Source: Verrucomicrobiota bacterium (GTDB lineage: Bacteria > Verrucomicrobiota > Verrucomicrobiia > Limisphaerales > UBA11358). Taken from it: a stretch of DNA of 64,000 nt. The DNA lies in NCBI GenBank assembly GCA_049521735.1, contig JBEKON010000001.1, positions 98,604 to 162,603 on the forward strand. Reading direction: 5' to 3'. Within the stretch, counting starts at the first letter, position 1, and the number at the start of each line of letters is the position of its first letter. The notes below the pieces were generated by a model. That model searched no databases, had not been told where the DNA came from, and was given only the letters and a program-made list of their open reading frames with translations. A program made the position numbers and the translations under genes. Below are positions 46,003 to 53,908 of this stretch, in pieces.

Positions 46003-46341
46003 ATGAACACAAATCAAACACGGGCGCCGACAAAGTTCGTCCCCGAAACACGGTTCGGACTGCGAACGGGACCGCCGGCGTCGTTTCGAGCCACACAGGA
46101 AAATGAATTCGAACGGCTCAAAAACCGGTTGCTTGCGCAACGATTGGCCGAAATACCGGCGCCGGAATTGAACACTCCATTGCGGCGCGCAGCCAACGAA
46201 GCAGCGGCACTGGCATGGGCGGCGCTATACCCATTGCTGGTGTTTCCGGTGCTGTTCGAGGAAAAAACTGTAACCGTCGTTCGCCACGCCGAGCGCCAGG
46301 CGCGTATTTTTAAGAACGGCCGCAAATTTCCCGCCGTATGA
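46003..46341 (+). CDS. Hypothetical protein (112 aa)
   Basis: ORF preceded by gaaaggaaaaac RBS-like purine run and bracketed by hairpin/T-run structures; no family recognised. Confidence 0.4.
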   Translation: MNTNQTRAPTKFVPETRFGLRTGPPASFRATQENEFERLKNRLLAQRLAEIPAPELNTPLRRAANEAAALAWAALYPLLVFPVLFEEKTVTVVRHAERQARIFKNGRKFPAV

Positions 46342-46367
46342 AACCACGCCGATTTAAAGTGGGGACG

Positions 46368-46446
46368 AAGGCGTGTGTGGGAAGCTGTTTGCGCGGGTGA
46401 AAAACCACACCTGTGCCAACAGCTTCTCGCCACGCCTTTTTTCTTT
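46368..46446 (+). terminator. Long hairpin + T-run downstream of the 112-aa ORF
   Basis: aaggcgtgtgtgggaagctgtt ... aacagcttctcgccacgcctt followed by ttttttcttt. Confidence 0.5.
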
Positions 46447-46458
46447 GTGAGGAATGAT

Positions 46459-46490
46459 GCGGAACGCGGACAACTTGTCCGCGCTCCTAC
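46459..46490 (-). repeat. Single REP-like unit (GTAGGAG + hairpin) overlapping the murA stop codon
   Basis: Minus strand reads tcGTAGGAGCGCGGACAAGTTGTCCGCGttcc; the TAG is the murA stop. Confidence 0.7.
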
Positions 46491-47752
46491 GAATTTTCCT
46501 CAACGCGCCGAATCCGCGCGCCGAGTTGTTGCAGCTTGCGGTCAATATTTTCGTAGCCGCGGTCAATGTGATAAACGCGATTCACCTGCGTCGTGCCTTT
46601 GGCGGCCAAACCGGCAATCACCAGCGCTGCCGACGCGCGCAAATCACTCGCCATCACCGGCGCGCCGCTCAACGGCCGCCCGCCTTTGACAATTACGCTC
46701 GGCCCTTCGATCTCGATGTCCGCACCGAGCCGCGCCAGTTCGCTCACGTGCATGAAACGCGATTCAAAAATCCGTTCCGTGATGATGCTGATGCCCGGCG
46801 CAAGCGCGAGCAGCGACATTATCTGCGCCTGCACGTCCGTTGGAAACCCCGCATACGGCAGCGTCGTCACGTCCGCCGGCGAAAGTTTTCCGCTTCGATG
46901 AACCAATAAATTTACGCCGCGTTTTTCAACGGCAACACCCGCCTCATTCAGTTTGTCAATCACCGCGCCCATGTGATCGGCGCGCGCGCCTTTGAGCGTT
47001 ACTTCGCCGTTCGTCGCGGCGGCGGCAATCGCGTAAGTCGCCGCCTCAATCCGGTCGGGAATCACTTCATGCACCGCGCCATGCAGTTTTTTGACGCCCG
47101 TAATTGTAATCGTCGGACTGCCCGCGCCGGAAATTTTCGCGCCCATCGCGTTCAGAAACTTTGCCAGATCCACGAGTTCCGGCTCGCACGCCGCGCTTTC
47201 AATGACCGTCACGCCTTCGGCCAGCGTCGCCGCCATCATCACATTTGCCGTGCCCAGCACCGTTGAACCGGCGCGCCCGCCGAGGAACATCGGCGAACCG
47301 GTGAGTTGTTTCGCCGCCGCGCTGACGTAACCGCCTTCGATTTCGATTTTCGCGCCGAGCGCTTCAAAACCTTTCAAATGAAGATTGATGGGCCGTGCGC
47401 CGATAACACAACCGCCAGGCAGCGCCACACGCGCCTTTTTCAGCCGCCCCAACAGCGGCCCCATGATGCAAACCGAACCACGCATTTTGCGAACGAGTTC
47501 GTAGTCGCCGTAGCCGCGGATTTTCTGCGCGCGAACGGTTACCGTGCCGTTTTCAAATTTAGTGCTGGCGCCGAGCGATTCGAGAATCTGCGTCATGAAC
47601 CGCGAGTCGCTGAGGTCGGGCACACCATGGATGACGCACGGTTCGTCGGTCAGCAACGCAGCCGCCATGATGGGCAACGCGGCATTTTTGCTGCCGCTAA
47701 TCGTCACCTCGCCGTGCAATGGCACGCCGCCTTTGATCAAAAAACTTTCCAT
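46487..47752 (-). CDS. murA: UDP-N-acetylglucosamine 1-carboxyvinyltransferase
   Basis: MESFLIKGGVPLHGEVTISGSKNAALPIM...; start at ATG 47752. The Arg-rich extension in the ORF track is translation of the hairpin. Confidence 0.95.
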   Translation of the reverse strand: MESFLIKGGVPLHGEVTISGSKNAALPIMAAALLTDEPCVIHGVPDLSDSRFMTQILESLGASTKFENGTVTVRAQKIRGYGDYELVRKMRGSVCIMGPLLGRLKKARVALPGGCVIGARPINLHLKGFEALGAKIEIEGGYVSAAAKQLTGSPMFLGGRAGSTVLGTANVMMAATLAEGVTVIESAACEPELVDLAKFLNAMGAKISGAGSPTITITGVKKLHGAVHEVIPDRIEAATYAIAAAATNGEVTLKGARADHMGAVIDKLNEAGVAVEKRGVNLLVHRSGKLSPADVTTLPYAGFPTDVQAQIMSLLALAPGISIITERIFESRFMHVSELARLGADIEIEGPSVIVKGGRPLSGAPVMASDLRASAALVIAGLAAKGTTQVNRVYHIDRGYENIDRKLQQLGARIRRVEENS

Positions 47753-47765
47753 GTGAAATTGGTTT

Positions 47766-47826
47766 ATCCTTCTTGTTCTCGTCCTCGTCCTCATTTTTCG
47801 ATTACGAGGACGACGACGAGGACGAT
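47766..47826. repeat. Hairpin with period-6 arms (CTCGTC/CTCGTC vs GAGGAC/GACGAC)
   Basis: atccttcttgttctcgtcctcgtcctc - atttttcgattac - gaggacgacgacgaggacgat. Hand pairing gives a ~20-bp stem with 1 mismatch and 2 G-T. Covers the prmC 3' end and the murA leader. Confidence 0.85.
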
Positions 47827-48722
47827 TTGGCAATTAAAAATCTTTCGTGCTGACTGTAATCCTCCCTCACCGCTTCGACAATCCACTTTTCGTTTCCAAA
47901 AATTTTCCGAACTGCTTGAGCCTGGCCGTCTCCGAATTCAAGCATGATTTTCCCGTCCGATTTCAAAAATGCCGCTGCGTGCGCCGCAATCAAACGGTAA
48001 AAATCCAGGCCGTCCGTGCCACCGTCGAGCGCAACGCGCGGGTCAAAATCGCGGACTTCAGGTTGAAGTGTGGCAATTTCGGCGGATGGAATGTAAGGCG
48101 GATTACTAATGATGAGGTTGAAGCGCGCGTCGCCGGACAATGCGGCAAAACCGTCACTTTGTTGAAATTGGATTCGCTCGATGACATTGTGCCGGACGGC
48201 GTTTTGTCCGGCCAATGCGAGTGCATCCACCGAGGTGTCTGTCGCGACGATTTTTGCGTTCGGACATTTTACGGCCAGTGCGATGGCGATGCACCCGCTG
48301 CCGGTGCCGAAATCCAGAGCAGTTGGGACATCAACTTGGGAGGGACGGCGTGTCGCCGTCCCTAAATTTGGGTCGGCAGGATGCCGACCTTCCCCTGTTA
48401 AAAATTTCCACCCGAGTTCGGCGAGCAATTCGGTTTCCGGTCGTGGCGCGAGCGCGTGGGGGTTCACAGCGATCTCAAGTCCGCAGAATGAAGTTGAGCC
48501 GACAATGTGCTGAAGTGGTTCGTGTTGGCCACGGCGTTTGACCATCTCGCGCAACGCGTCCACTTCTGTCGGCGTAAGCGTGCGCTCGAAGTTTAGATAC
48601 AATTTCATGCGCGGCAGCTTGAGCAGATGTGCGAGCAGGAGTTCGGTTTGCAGGCGCGGCGATTCGACGCCTTTTTTGGCCATAAAATCCGCGCTCTTCT
48701 GAATCGCTTCAAGAACTGTCAC
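47802..48722 (-). CDS. prmC: Release-factor glutamine N5-methyltransferase PrmC/HemK, with in-frame repeat insertion and hairpin-derived poly-Ser tail
   Basis: LDFGTGSGCIAIALA, IISNPPYIP; C-terminus ...LIAKSSSSSSS. Confidence 0.85.
   Translation of the reverse strand: MTVLEAIQKSADFMAKKGVESPRLQTELLLAHLLKLPRMKLYLNFERTLTPTEVDALREMVKRRGQHEPLQHIVGSTSFCGLEIAVNPHALAPRPETELLAELGWKFLTGEGRHPADPNLGTATRRPSQVDVPTALDFGTGSGCIAIALAVKCPNAKIVATDTSVDALALAGQNAVRHNVIERIQFQQSDGFAALSGDARFNLIISNPPYIPSAEIATLQPEVRDFDPRVALDGGTDGLDFYRLIAAHAAAFLKSDGKIMLEFGDGQAQAVRKIFGNEKWIVEAVREDYSQHERFLIAKSSSSSSS
48338..48395 (-). repeat. Double-hairpin palindromic element (type 4) in frame inside prmC
   Basis: gggagggacggcgtgtcgccgtccc-taaatttg-ggtcggcaggatgccgacc-ttcccc; gene strand encodes GEGRHPADPNLGTATRRPSQ. 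Confidence 0.85.
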
Positions 48723-48785
48723 ATGGACAACTTAAACCGGAGCGATACGCTTGAACAAGCGGCGTGTGACTGCCAAAATCAAGTC

Positions 48786-49349
48786 ATGAATGTACGGGTC
48801 AAAATGTTCCCTGTTGCGCTTTGGCTTGCCGTTTTCGGCACGGCCTGCAGCGCGGACAACACAAAATCCACCGGAGGTAAAACCATGAATATTCAAATCG
48901 CCAGCACCGTCTTTGCCGACGGCCAGCCGATTCCAGCAAAATACACTTGTGACGGACAGAATGTGTCGCCGCCGTTGAAATGGTCAAACGCGCCCGCAAA
49001 CACGAAGAGCTTCGCGCTTATCGCCGACGACCCAGACGCGCCGGGTGGCACGTGGGTGCATTGGGTGCTTTATGATTTGCCGGCGACTACAACCGAACTC
49101 GCCGAGAATACTCCCAAATCGCAACAATTGTCCGGCGGCGCGAAGCAGGGGTTGAACAGTTGGCCGCACTTGGGTTACGACGGGCCGTGTCCGCCGCCCG
49201 GCAAACCGCATCGCTACTTTTTCAAACTCTACGCACTCGACATGTTGCTCGATCTCAAACCCGGCGCGACAAAAAAAGATTTGCTCAAGGCGATGGAAGG
49301 CCATGTCCTCGCCGAAGGGCAATTGATGGGGACGTATCAGCGGCGGTGA
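48786..49349 (+). CDS. YbhB/YbcL (PEBP/Raf-kinase-inhibitor-like) family protein, secreted
   Basis: IPAKYTCDGQNVSPPLKW, DDPDAP, WVHWVLYDL, HRYFFKLYALD. Confidence 0.85.
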   Translation: MNVRVKMFPVALWLAVFGTACSADNTKSTGGKTMNIQIASTVFADGQPIPAKYTCDGQNVSPPLKWSNAPANTKSFALIADDPDAPGGTWVHWVLYDLPATTTELAENTPKSQQLSGGAKQGLNSWPHLGYDGPCPPPGKPHRYFFKLYALDMLLDLKPGATKKDLLKAMEGHVLAEGQLMGTYQRR

Positions 49350-49354
49350 ATTGA

Positions 49355-49424
49355 CCACAAAGACACGAAGAGAAAATTTTCTTTGCGTCTTTGTGCCTTT
49401 GCGTTGAACTTTGCCTCTTCGTGG
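49355..49424. repeat. Complex imperfect palindrome with period-8 arms (CTTTGCGT/CTTTGTGC)
   Basis: ccacaaagacacgaagagaaaattttctttgcgtctttgtgcctttgcgttgaactttgcctcttcgtgg; shares the cctttgcgt string with 16781 and 28005. Confidence 0.75.
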
Positions 49425-49433
49425 TAAAAATTT

Positions 49434-50360
49434 ATGAGCAAAACCGCATTGCTGTTTGCCGGACAAGGCACGCAGGCCGTCGGCATGGGCAAAGACCTCG
49501 CCGAAAAATTTCCGTCGGCCAAAGCCTGGTTCGACCGCGCCAACGGCGCGCTCGGCTGCGATCTGGCTTCGATCTGTTTCACCGGCCCGGAAGCCGAACT
49601 CACCAAAACCGAAAATGCACAGCCGGGAATTTTTCTCGTGAGCTGGGTCGCGTTTCTATTGCTCAAGGAACAGGCGCCGTTGCTTAAATTCGACGCCACA
49701 GCTGGTTTGTCGCTCGGCGAATTCACAGCGCTGACGGCGGCGGGCGCAATGAATTTCGAGGACGGTCTGCGGGTCGTGCGCCAGCGCGGACGATTCATGC
49801 AGGAAGCCTGCGATGCCACGCGCGGCGGCATGGCGGCGGTCATCGGCTTGGACGAAACGCTCACACGCGAGGTTTGTGCCGAAGCCGGCGTGGTGCTGGC
49901 AAACCTGAATTGTCCCGGCCAGCTCGTGATTTCCGGCGAGATGGACAAGATCGCCAAAGCCGTCGAACTCGCCAAAGCCAGGGGCGCAAAACGCGCGATT
50001 CCACTACCGGTCGCCGGCGCCTATCACTCGCCGCTCATGGCCAGTGCACAGCCAAAACTTCAAGCTGAATTGGCCAAAATGAAATTATCATCACTGGTTG
50101 TGCCGGTGATTTCGAACGTGACGGGACAACCGCATGGCGGCACAACGGAAATTTCCGCCCGGCTTGTCGAGCAGATCACGTCATCGGTGTTCTGGGAAAA
50201 ATCCATGCGATATCTGTTGGCACAAGGATTCACGCGGTTTATAGAACTCGGGCCCGGCACGGCATTGAGCGGTTTCATGAAACGAATTGATAAAAATGCG
50301 CAGATGCTCAACGTGGCGGACGTGGCAAGCCTGGAAGCGACGGCGAAAGTGCTGGTGTAG
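49434..50360 (+). CDS. fabD: Malonyl-CoA:ACP transacylase
   Basis: FAGQGTQ, GLSLGEF, full length 308 aa; the stop TAG lies in the GTAG terminus of the next element. Confidence 0.95.
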   Translation: MSKTALLFAGQGTQAVGMGKDLAEKFPSAKAWFDRANGALGCDLASICFTGPEAELTKTENAQPGIFLVSWVAFLLLKEQAPLLKFDATAGLSLGEFTALTAAGAMNFEDGLRVVRQRGRFMQEACDATRGGMAAVIGLDETLTREVCAEAGVVLANLNCPGQLVISGEMDKIAKAVELAKARGAKRAIPLPVAGAYHSPLMASAQPKLQAELAKMKLSSLVVPVISNVTGQPHGGTTEISARLVEQITSSVFWEKSMRYLLAQGFTRFIELGPGTALSGFMKRIDKNAQMLNVADVASLEATAKVLV

Positions 50361-50461
50361 CACCCGCGTCTCGCGGGTGACGTTGGGCGTCCCGCCCGGC
50401 GCAAGTTTCCGCAAAGGTTCAGGCGGGACGCCTGAACCGACCCGCCGGAGGCGGGTGCTAC
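50357..50461 (+). repeat. 105-nt GTAGCACCCGC...GCGGGTGCTAC multi-hairpin palindromic element
   Basis: gtagcacccgcgtctcgcgggtg ... ggcgtcccgcc ... ggcgggacgcc ... cccgccggaggcgggtgctac. Confidence 0.85.
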
Positions 50462-50488
50462 CGACGGCTTTCGTCTCGACATTTTTTA

Positions 50489-50510
50489 TGTGCATTCGTG
50501 TGCATTCGTG
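50489..50510 (+). repeat. Decamer tandem duplication
   Basis: tgtgcattcg tgtgcattcg tg, upstream of fabG. Confidence 0.8.
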
Positions 50511-50527
50511 GTTAAACAATCGCCGTC

Positions 50528-51271
50528 ATGAAACAACTTGAGAATCAAGTCGCCGTCGTCACCGGCGCGGGCCGGGGTATTGGCCGCGCCATCGCGTTGA
50601 AATTCGCCGCTCATGGAGCTGATATCGTGGCTGTGGATTTGAAAACCGAGTTTGTGCAGGAAACAGTGGATGAGGTGCGCAAGCTCGGGCGCAAGGCTTG
50701 GGCGGTGGCCGCCAACGTGTCCGAGGCCGCCAGCGTCGAGGCCGCTGCTGAACAGATTTTGAAAGAGGCCGGTCGGGTGGACATTCTCGTGAACAACGCC
50801 GGCATCACCAAGGACGGCCTGCTCATGCGCATGAGCGAGGCGGATTGGGACGCCGTGCTGGACATCAATCTCAAGGGAACGTTTCTCTTCACCAAGGCAT
50901 TCAGCCGCGCATTCCTGAAACAGAAATCCGGCCGCATCGTCAACATCGCCTCGGTGATCGGCTTGATCGGCAATGCCGGCCAGTGCAATTACGCGGCGAG
51001 CAAGGCCGGCGTCATCGGCTTCACAAAATCCGTCGCGCGGGAACTGGCATCGCGTGGCATCACCGCGAACGCCATCGCTCCCGGGTTCATCGAAACCAAG
51101 ATGACCGAGGCGCTCAGTCCGGAGGCGCGTGCCGCCTTGCTCAAACAGATTCCGCTGGCCAGTCTGGGCCAGCCGGAGGACGTGGCGGAGGTGGCACTAT
51201 TTTTCGCCGGCCCGGCGGCGCGTTACGTCACCGGGCAGGTTTTGGCGGTGGACGGCGGGATGGTGATGTGA
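50528..51271 (+). CDS. fabG: 3-oxoacyl-ACP reductase
   Basis: VTGAGRGIGRAIA, NNAGIT, YAASKAG SDR motifs within the fab cluster. Confidence 0.95.
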   Translation: MKQLENQVAVVTGAGRGIGRAIALKFAAHGADIVAVDLKTEFVQETVDEVRKLGRKAWAVAANVSEAASVEAAAEQILKEAGRVDILVNNAGITKDGLLMRMSEADWDAVLDINLKGTFLFTKAFSRAFLKQKSGRIVNIASVIGLIGNAGQCNYAASKAGVIGFTKSVARELASRGITANAIAPGFIETKMTEALSPEARAALLKQIPLASLGQPEDVAEVALFFAGPAARYVTGQVLAVDGGMVM

Positions 51272-51342
51272 TTGAAAAAATTTATGATTCAAGGCTTGAC
51301 GATTTTGGCATTCATGGCATAGAGACGGGTCAAAATTAACTT

Positions 51343-51588
51343 ATGGCTGACAAACCTATTGACCAACGGGTAAAGGACATCATCGTTGAACAGCTCGGTG
51401 TGAAGCCGGATCAGGTGACGCCGGAGGCAAAATTCATCGAAGACCTCGGCGCGGATTCGCTCGACACGGTCGAGTTGATCATGGCGCTGGAGGAGGAATT
51501 CGGCATCGAAGTGCCGGATGAACAGGCTGAAAAACTCACAACTGTCGGCGATGTCGTCAAATACATCGAAGAACATCAGCAAAAATAG
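51343..51588 (+). CDS. acpP: Acyl carrier protein
   Basis: [20 protein letters not shown]. Confidence 0.95.
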   Translation: MADKPIDQRVKDIIVEQLGVKPDQVTPEAKFIEDLGADSLDTVELIMALEEEFGIEVPDEQAEKLTTVGDVVKYIEEHQQK

Positions 51589-51607
51589 TTGCGACCTTGA
51601 GTGCTTC

Positions 51608-51655
51608 GGGGCAGTTTCGGCTGGATTCGGCTTGAACTGCCCCGTTTGATTTTTT
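51608..51655 (+). terminator. Hairpin + T-run between acpP and fabF (partial terminator/attenuator)
   Basis: ggggcagtttcggctggattcggcttgaactgcccc followed by gtttgatttttt. Confidence 0.7.
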
Positions 51656-52915
51656 ATGGCAAACCATTCAACAGAACGTCGTGTCGTCATTACCGGCCTC
51701 GGCGTGGTGACGCCGCTGGGAAATCAACTCGGCGTTTTTTGGGATAACCTCGTCGCCGGCAAATGCGGCATTGACCGCATCAGTTCCTTTGACGCGACAC
51801 CGTTTGACTGCCAAATCGCCGGCGAGGTGAAAGATTTTGATCCCACGCCCGCATTCCCGTCGCCGAAGGAAATTCGTCGCACGGATCGTTATTCGCAATT
51901 TGGCATTTATGCCGGGTATCAGGCCTTGCTGGATTCCGGCCTCGACCTCGATAAGGAAAACCGCGACGAAATCGGTGTCATCATCGGTTCGGGCATCGGC
52001 GGACTGCAAACGACCGCCGAGCAACATATAGTTTTGCTCAACCGCGGGCCGGGGCGGCTGTCGCCATTCATGATTCCGATGCTCATCAGCAACATGGCTT
52101 CGGGCCTGTTTTCGATGTTTTACAAATTGCGTGGTCCGAATTTCGCCACCTGTTCGGCCTGCGCAACGTCCAACCACGCCATCGGCGAAGCCTGGCGCGC
52201 CATCAAAATGGGCGATGCGCAGGTGATGTTCGCCGGCGGCGCGGAAGCGGCGGTCATGCCCGTTGGCATCGGCGGGTTTTGCGCCATGAAAGCCTTGAGC
52301 ACGCGCAACGACGACCCCCAACACGCCTCGCGGCCATTCGACAAGGAACGCGACGGCTTCGTCATGGGCGAAGGTGCGGGCGTGATTGTGCTCGAAGAAT
52401 TGGAGCACGCCAAAAAACGCAGCGCGAAAATTTATTGCGAAATCGTCGGCTACGGAAACACCGCCGACGCTTACCATTTGACCGCGCCATCGCCCGGAGG
52501 TGAAGGTGCGGTGCGTTGCATGAGAATGGCTTTGCGCAATGGCGGGTTGAACCTGGAAGACGTTTCCTACATCAACGCTCATGGCACATCCACACAGCAA
52601 GGCGACCTTTGCGAAACGCAAGCCATCAAAACCGTTTTCGGCGGGCACGCAAAAAAGCTCGCCGTCAGTTCCACCAAAGGCGCAACCGGCCACATGCTCG
52701 GCGCGGCAGGCGCGGTGGAAATGAGTGTCTGTGCCCTCGCCATCAAACATGGCATCGTCCCACCGACCATCAATTATCAGGTGCCCGATCCAGAATGTGA
52801 TTTGGATTACGTTCCCAACACCGCGCGCAAGTTGAAGGTCAACGCTGTTATCAACAATTCATTCGGTTTCGGCGGCCACAACGCGAGCATCGCGGCGAAG
52901 AAGTTTGAGGGCTGA
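51656..52915 (+). CDS. fabF: Beta-ketoacyl-ACP synthase II
   Basis: ATCSACATSNHAIG, HGTSTQQGD, GHMLGAAG. Confidence 0.95.
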   Translation: MANHSTERRVVITGLGVVTPLGNQLGVFWDNLVAGKCGIDRISSFDATPFDCQIAGEVKDFDPTPAFPSPKEIRRTDRYSQFGIYAGYQALLDSGLDLDKENRDEIGVIIGSGIGGLQTTAEQHIVLLNRGPGRLSPFMIPMLISNMASGLFSMFYKLRGPNFATCSACATSNHAIGEAWRAIKMGDAQVMFAGGAEAAVMPVGIGGFCAMKALSTRNDDPQHASRPFDKERDGFVMGEGAGVIVLEELEHAKKRSAKIYCEIVGYGNTADAYHLTAPSPGGEGAVRCMRMALRNGGLNLEDVSYINAHGTSTQQGDLCETQAIKTVFGGHAKKLAVSSTKGATGHMLGAAGAVEMSVCALAIKHGIVPPTINYQVPDPECDLDYVPNTARKLKVNAVINNSFGFGGHNASIAAKKFEG

Positions 52916-52927
52916 AGCATCTTCAAA

Positions 52928-53000
52928 ATAGGACAGGCTTCCAGCTTGTCTCCATCTCAAAGCGGGAAAAAGTCATGGACGGGCAAGATGCCTGTCCTAC
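52928..53000 (+). repeat. Type-2 (A/G)TAGGACAGG...CCTGTCCTAC element between convergent fabF and pyrF
   Basis: ataggacaggcttccagcttgtctccatct...ggacgggcaagatgcctgtcctac; its right terminus supplies the pyrF stop codon. Confidence 0.9.
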
Positions 53001-53701
53001 TTTAAAGACTCCAAAATCTTCTCCGCTGCTTCCCGCGGATTTTCCGCCGCATAAATCGGCCGGCCAATCACCAGCCAGTTTGCCCCGGCGGCAATGGCTT
53101 CCCGCGGCGTCAGCGTGCGCTTTTGGTCGTCGGCTTTTTCTGTGCCAGTGCGAACACCGGGTGTGATGAGTTGAATGCCGGCAGTCAACATTTGACGCAG
53201 CTCGGCCACTTCCAACGGCGAGCAAATAAGACCGCGCAGGCCGGCTTTGGTGGCCATGTTCGCGAGCCGGCGCACCTGGCTGGCGACATTCGGGTCAAGG
53301 CCGATTTCGCTTAACGACTGGCTGGTGAGGCTTGTGAGCACGGTCACGCCCAGCACCAACGGCGCATTGTGACCGGTTTGTTTCGCGGTTTTTTGCGCCG
53401 ATTCCTCCGCCGCGCGCATCATGTCCACTCCGCCGCTGACATGCACGGTGAGCATTTGCACGTCCAATCGCACGGCCGAGGCAACGGCTCTGGCGACGGT
53501 GTTCGGGATGTCGTGGAATTTTAAATCAAGAAAAACCGCGGCCCCCGTCGCGCGAATCCGCCGGACAATATCCGGCCCGGCGCTGGTGAACAATTCGCTG
53601 CCAATCTTGAACGCGCCGACCACCGGCGCGATTTTCTTGGCCAACTCCAGCGCGGCTTCGGCGGTTGGCACATCGAGCGCGGCGATGATGGGATTACGCA
53701 T
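52997..53701 (-). CDS. pyrF: Orotidine 5'-phosphate decarboxylase
   Basis: IIAALDV, FLDLKFHDIPNTV, PGVR. Confidence 0.9.
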   Translation of the reverse strand: MRNPIIAALDVPTAEAALELAKKIAPVVGAFKIGSELFTSAGPDIVRRIRATGAAVFLDLKFHDIPNTVARAVASAVRLDVQMLTVHVSGGVDMMRAAEESAQKTAKQTGHNAPLVLGVTVLTSLTSQSLSEIGLDPNVASQVRRLANMATKAGLRGLICSPLEVAELRQMLTAGIQLITPGVRTGTEKADDQKRTLTPREAIAAGANWLVIGRPIYAAENPREAAEKILESLK

Positions 53702-53717
53702 GGTTCGAATTATTTAA

Positions 53718-53848
53718 CCACAGATGAACACAGATAAACACGGATGGAAATAAAAGAATTGAACGGTCATAAGACAAGACCAGACAACAAAATTTTTCCT
53801 GTGCAGCACTCCGCTTTTTTATCCGTGTTAATCCGTGTCCATCCGTGG
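53718..53848. repeat. Hairpin with period-10 arms (CCACAGATGA/ACACAGATAA vs ATCCGTGTTA/ATCCGTGTCC) and a 75-nt loop
   Basis: Hand pairing of 53718-53745 with 53821-53848 gives 24/28 Watson-Crick. Three of the four mismatches are A-C on the + strand, which are G-U on the - strand. Confidence 0.85.
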
Positions 53849-53908
53849 TTCGATTTGTATTTCCCCAGCTATTTTGACTTTACTCCCGGAATTGCCTAGC
53901 CTGCCCGC

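Noticed and set aside
45760-46106. ORFs 45760..45975+ and 45834..46106+ in the kinase-upstream gap
   Set aside because: They have no RBS and no recognisable motifs, and they run through a strong terminator hairpin. The region is better explained as non-coding leader or sRNA.
47753-47833. Arg-rich N-terminal extension of murA in the ORF track (MPNRPRRRPRNRKMRTRTRTRR...)
   Set aside because: It is a translation of the period-6 hairpin and the prmC 3' end. The canonical MurA N-terminus starts at ATG 47752.
49434-52915. fabD-fabG-acpP-fabF cluster as something unusual
   Set aside because: This is the canonical type II fatty-acid synthesis gene order. Only the repeat elements within its spacers are noteworthy.
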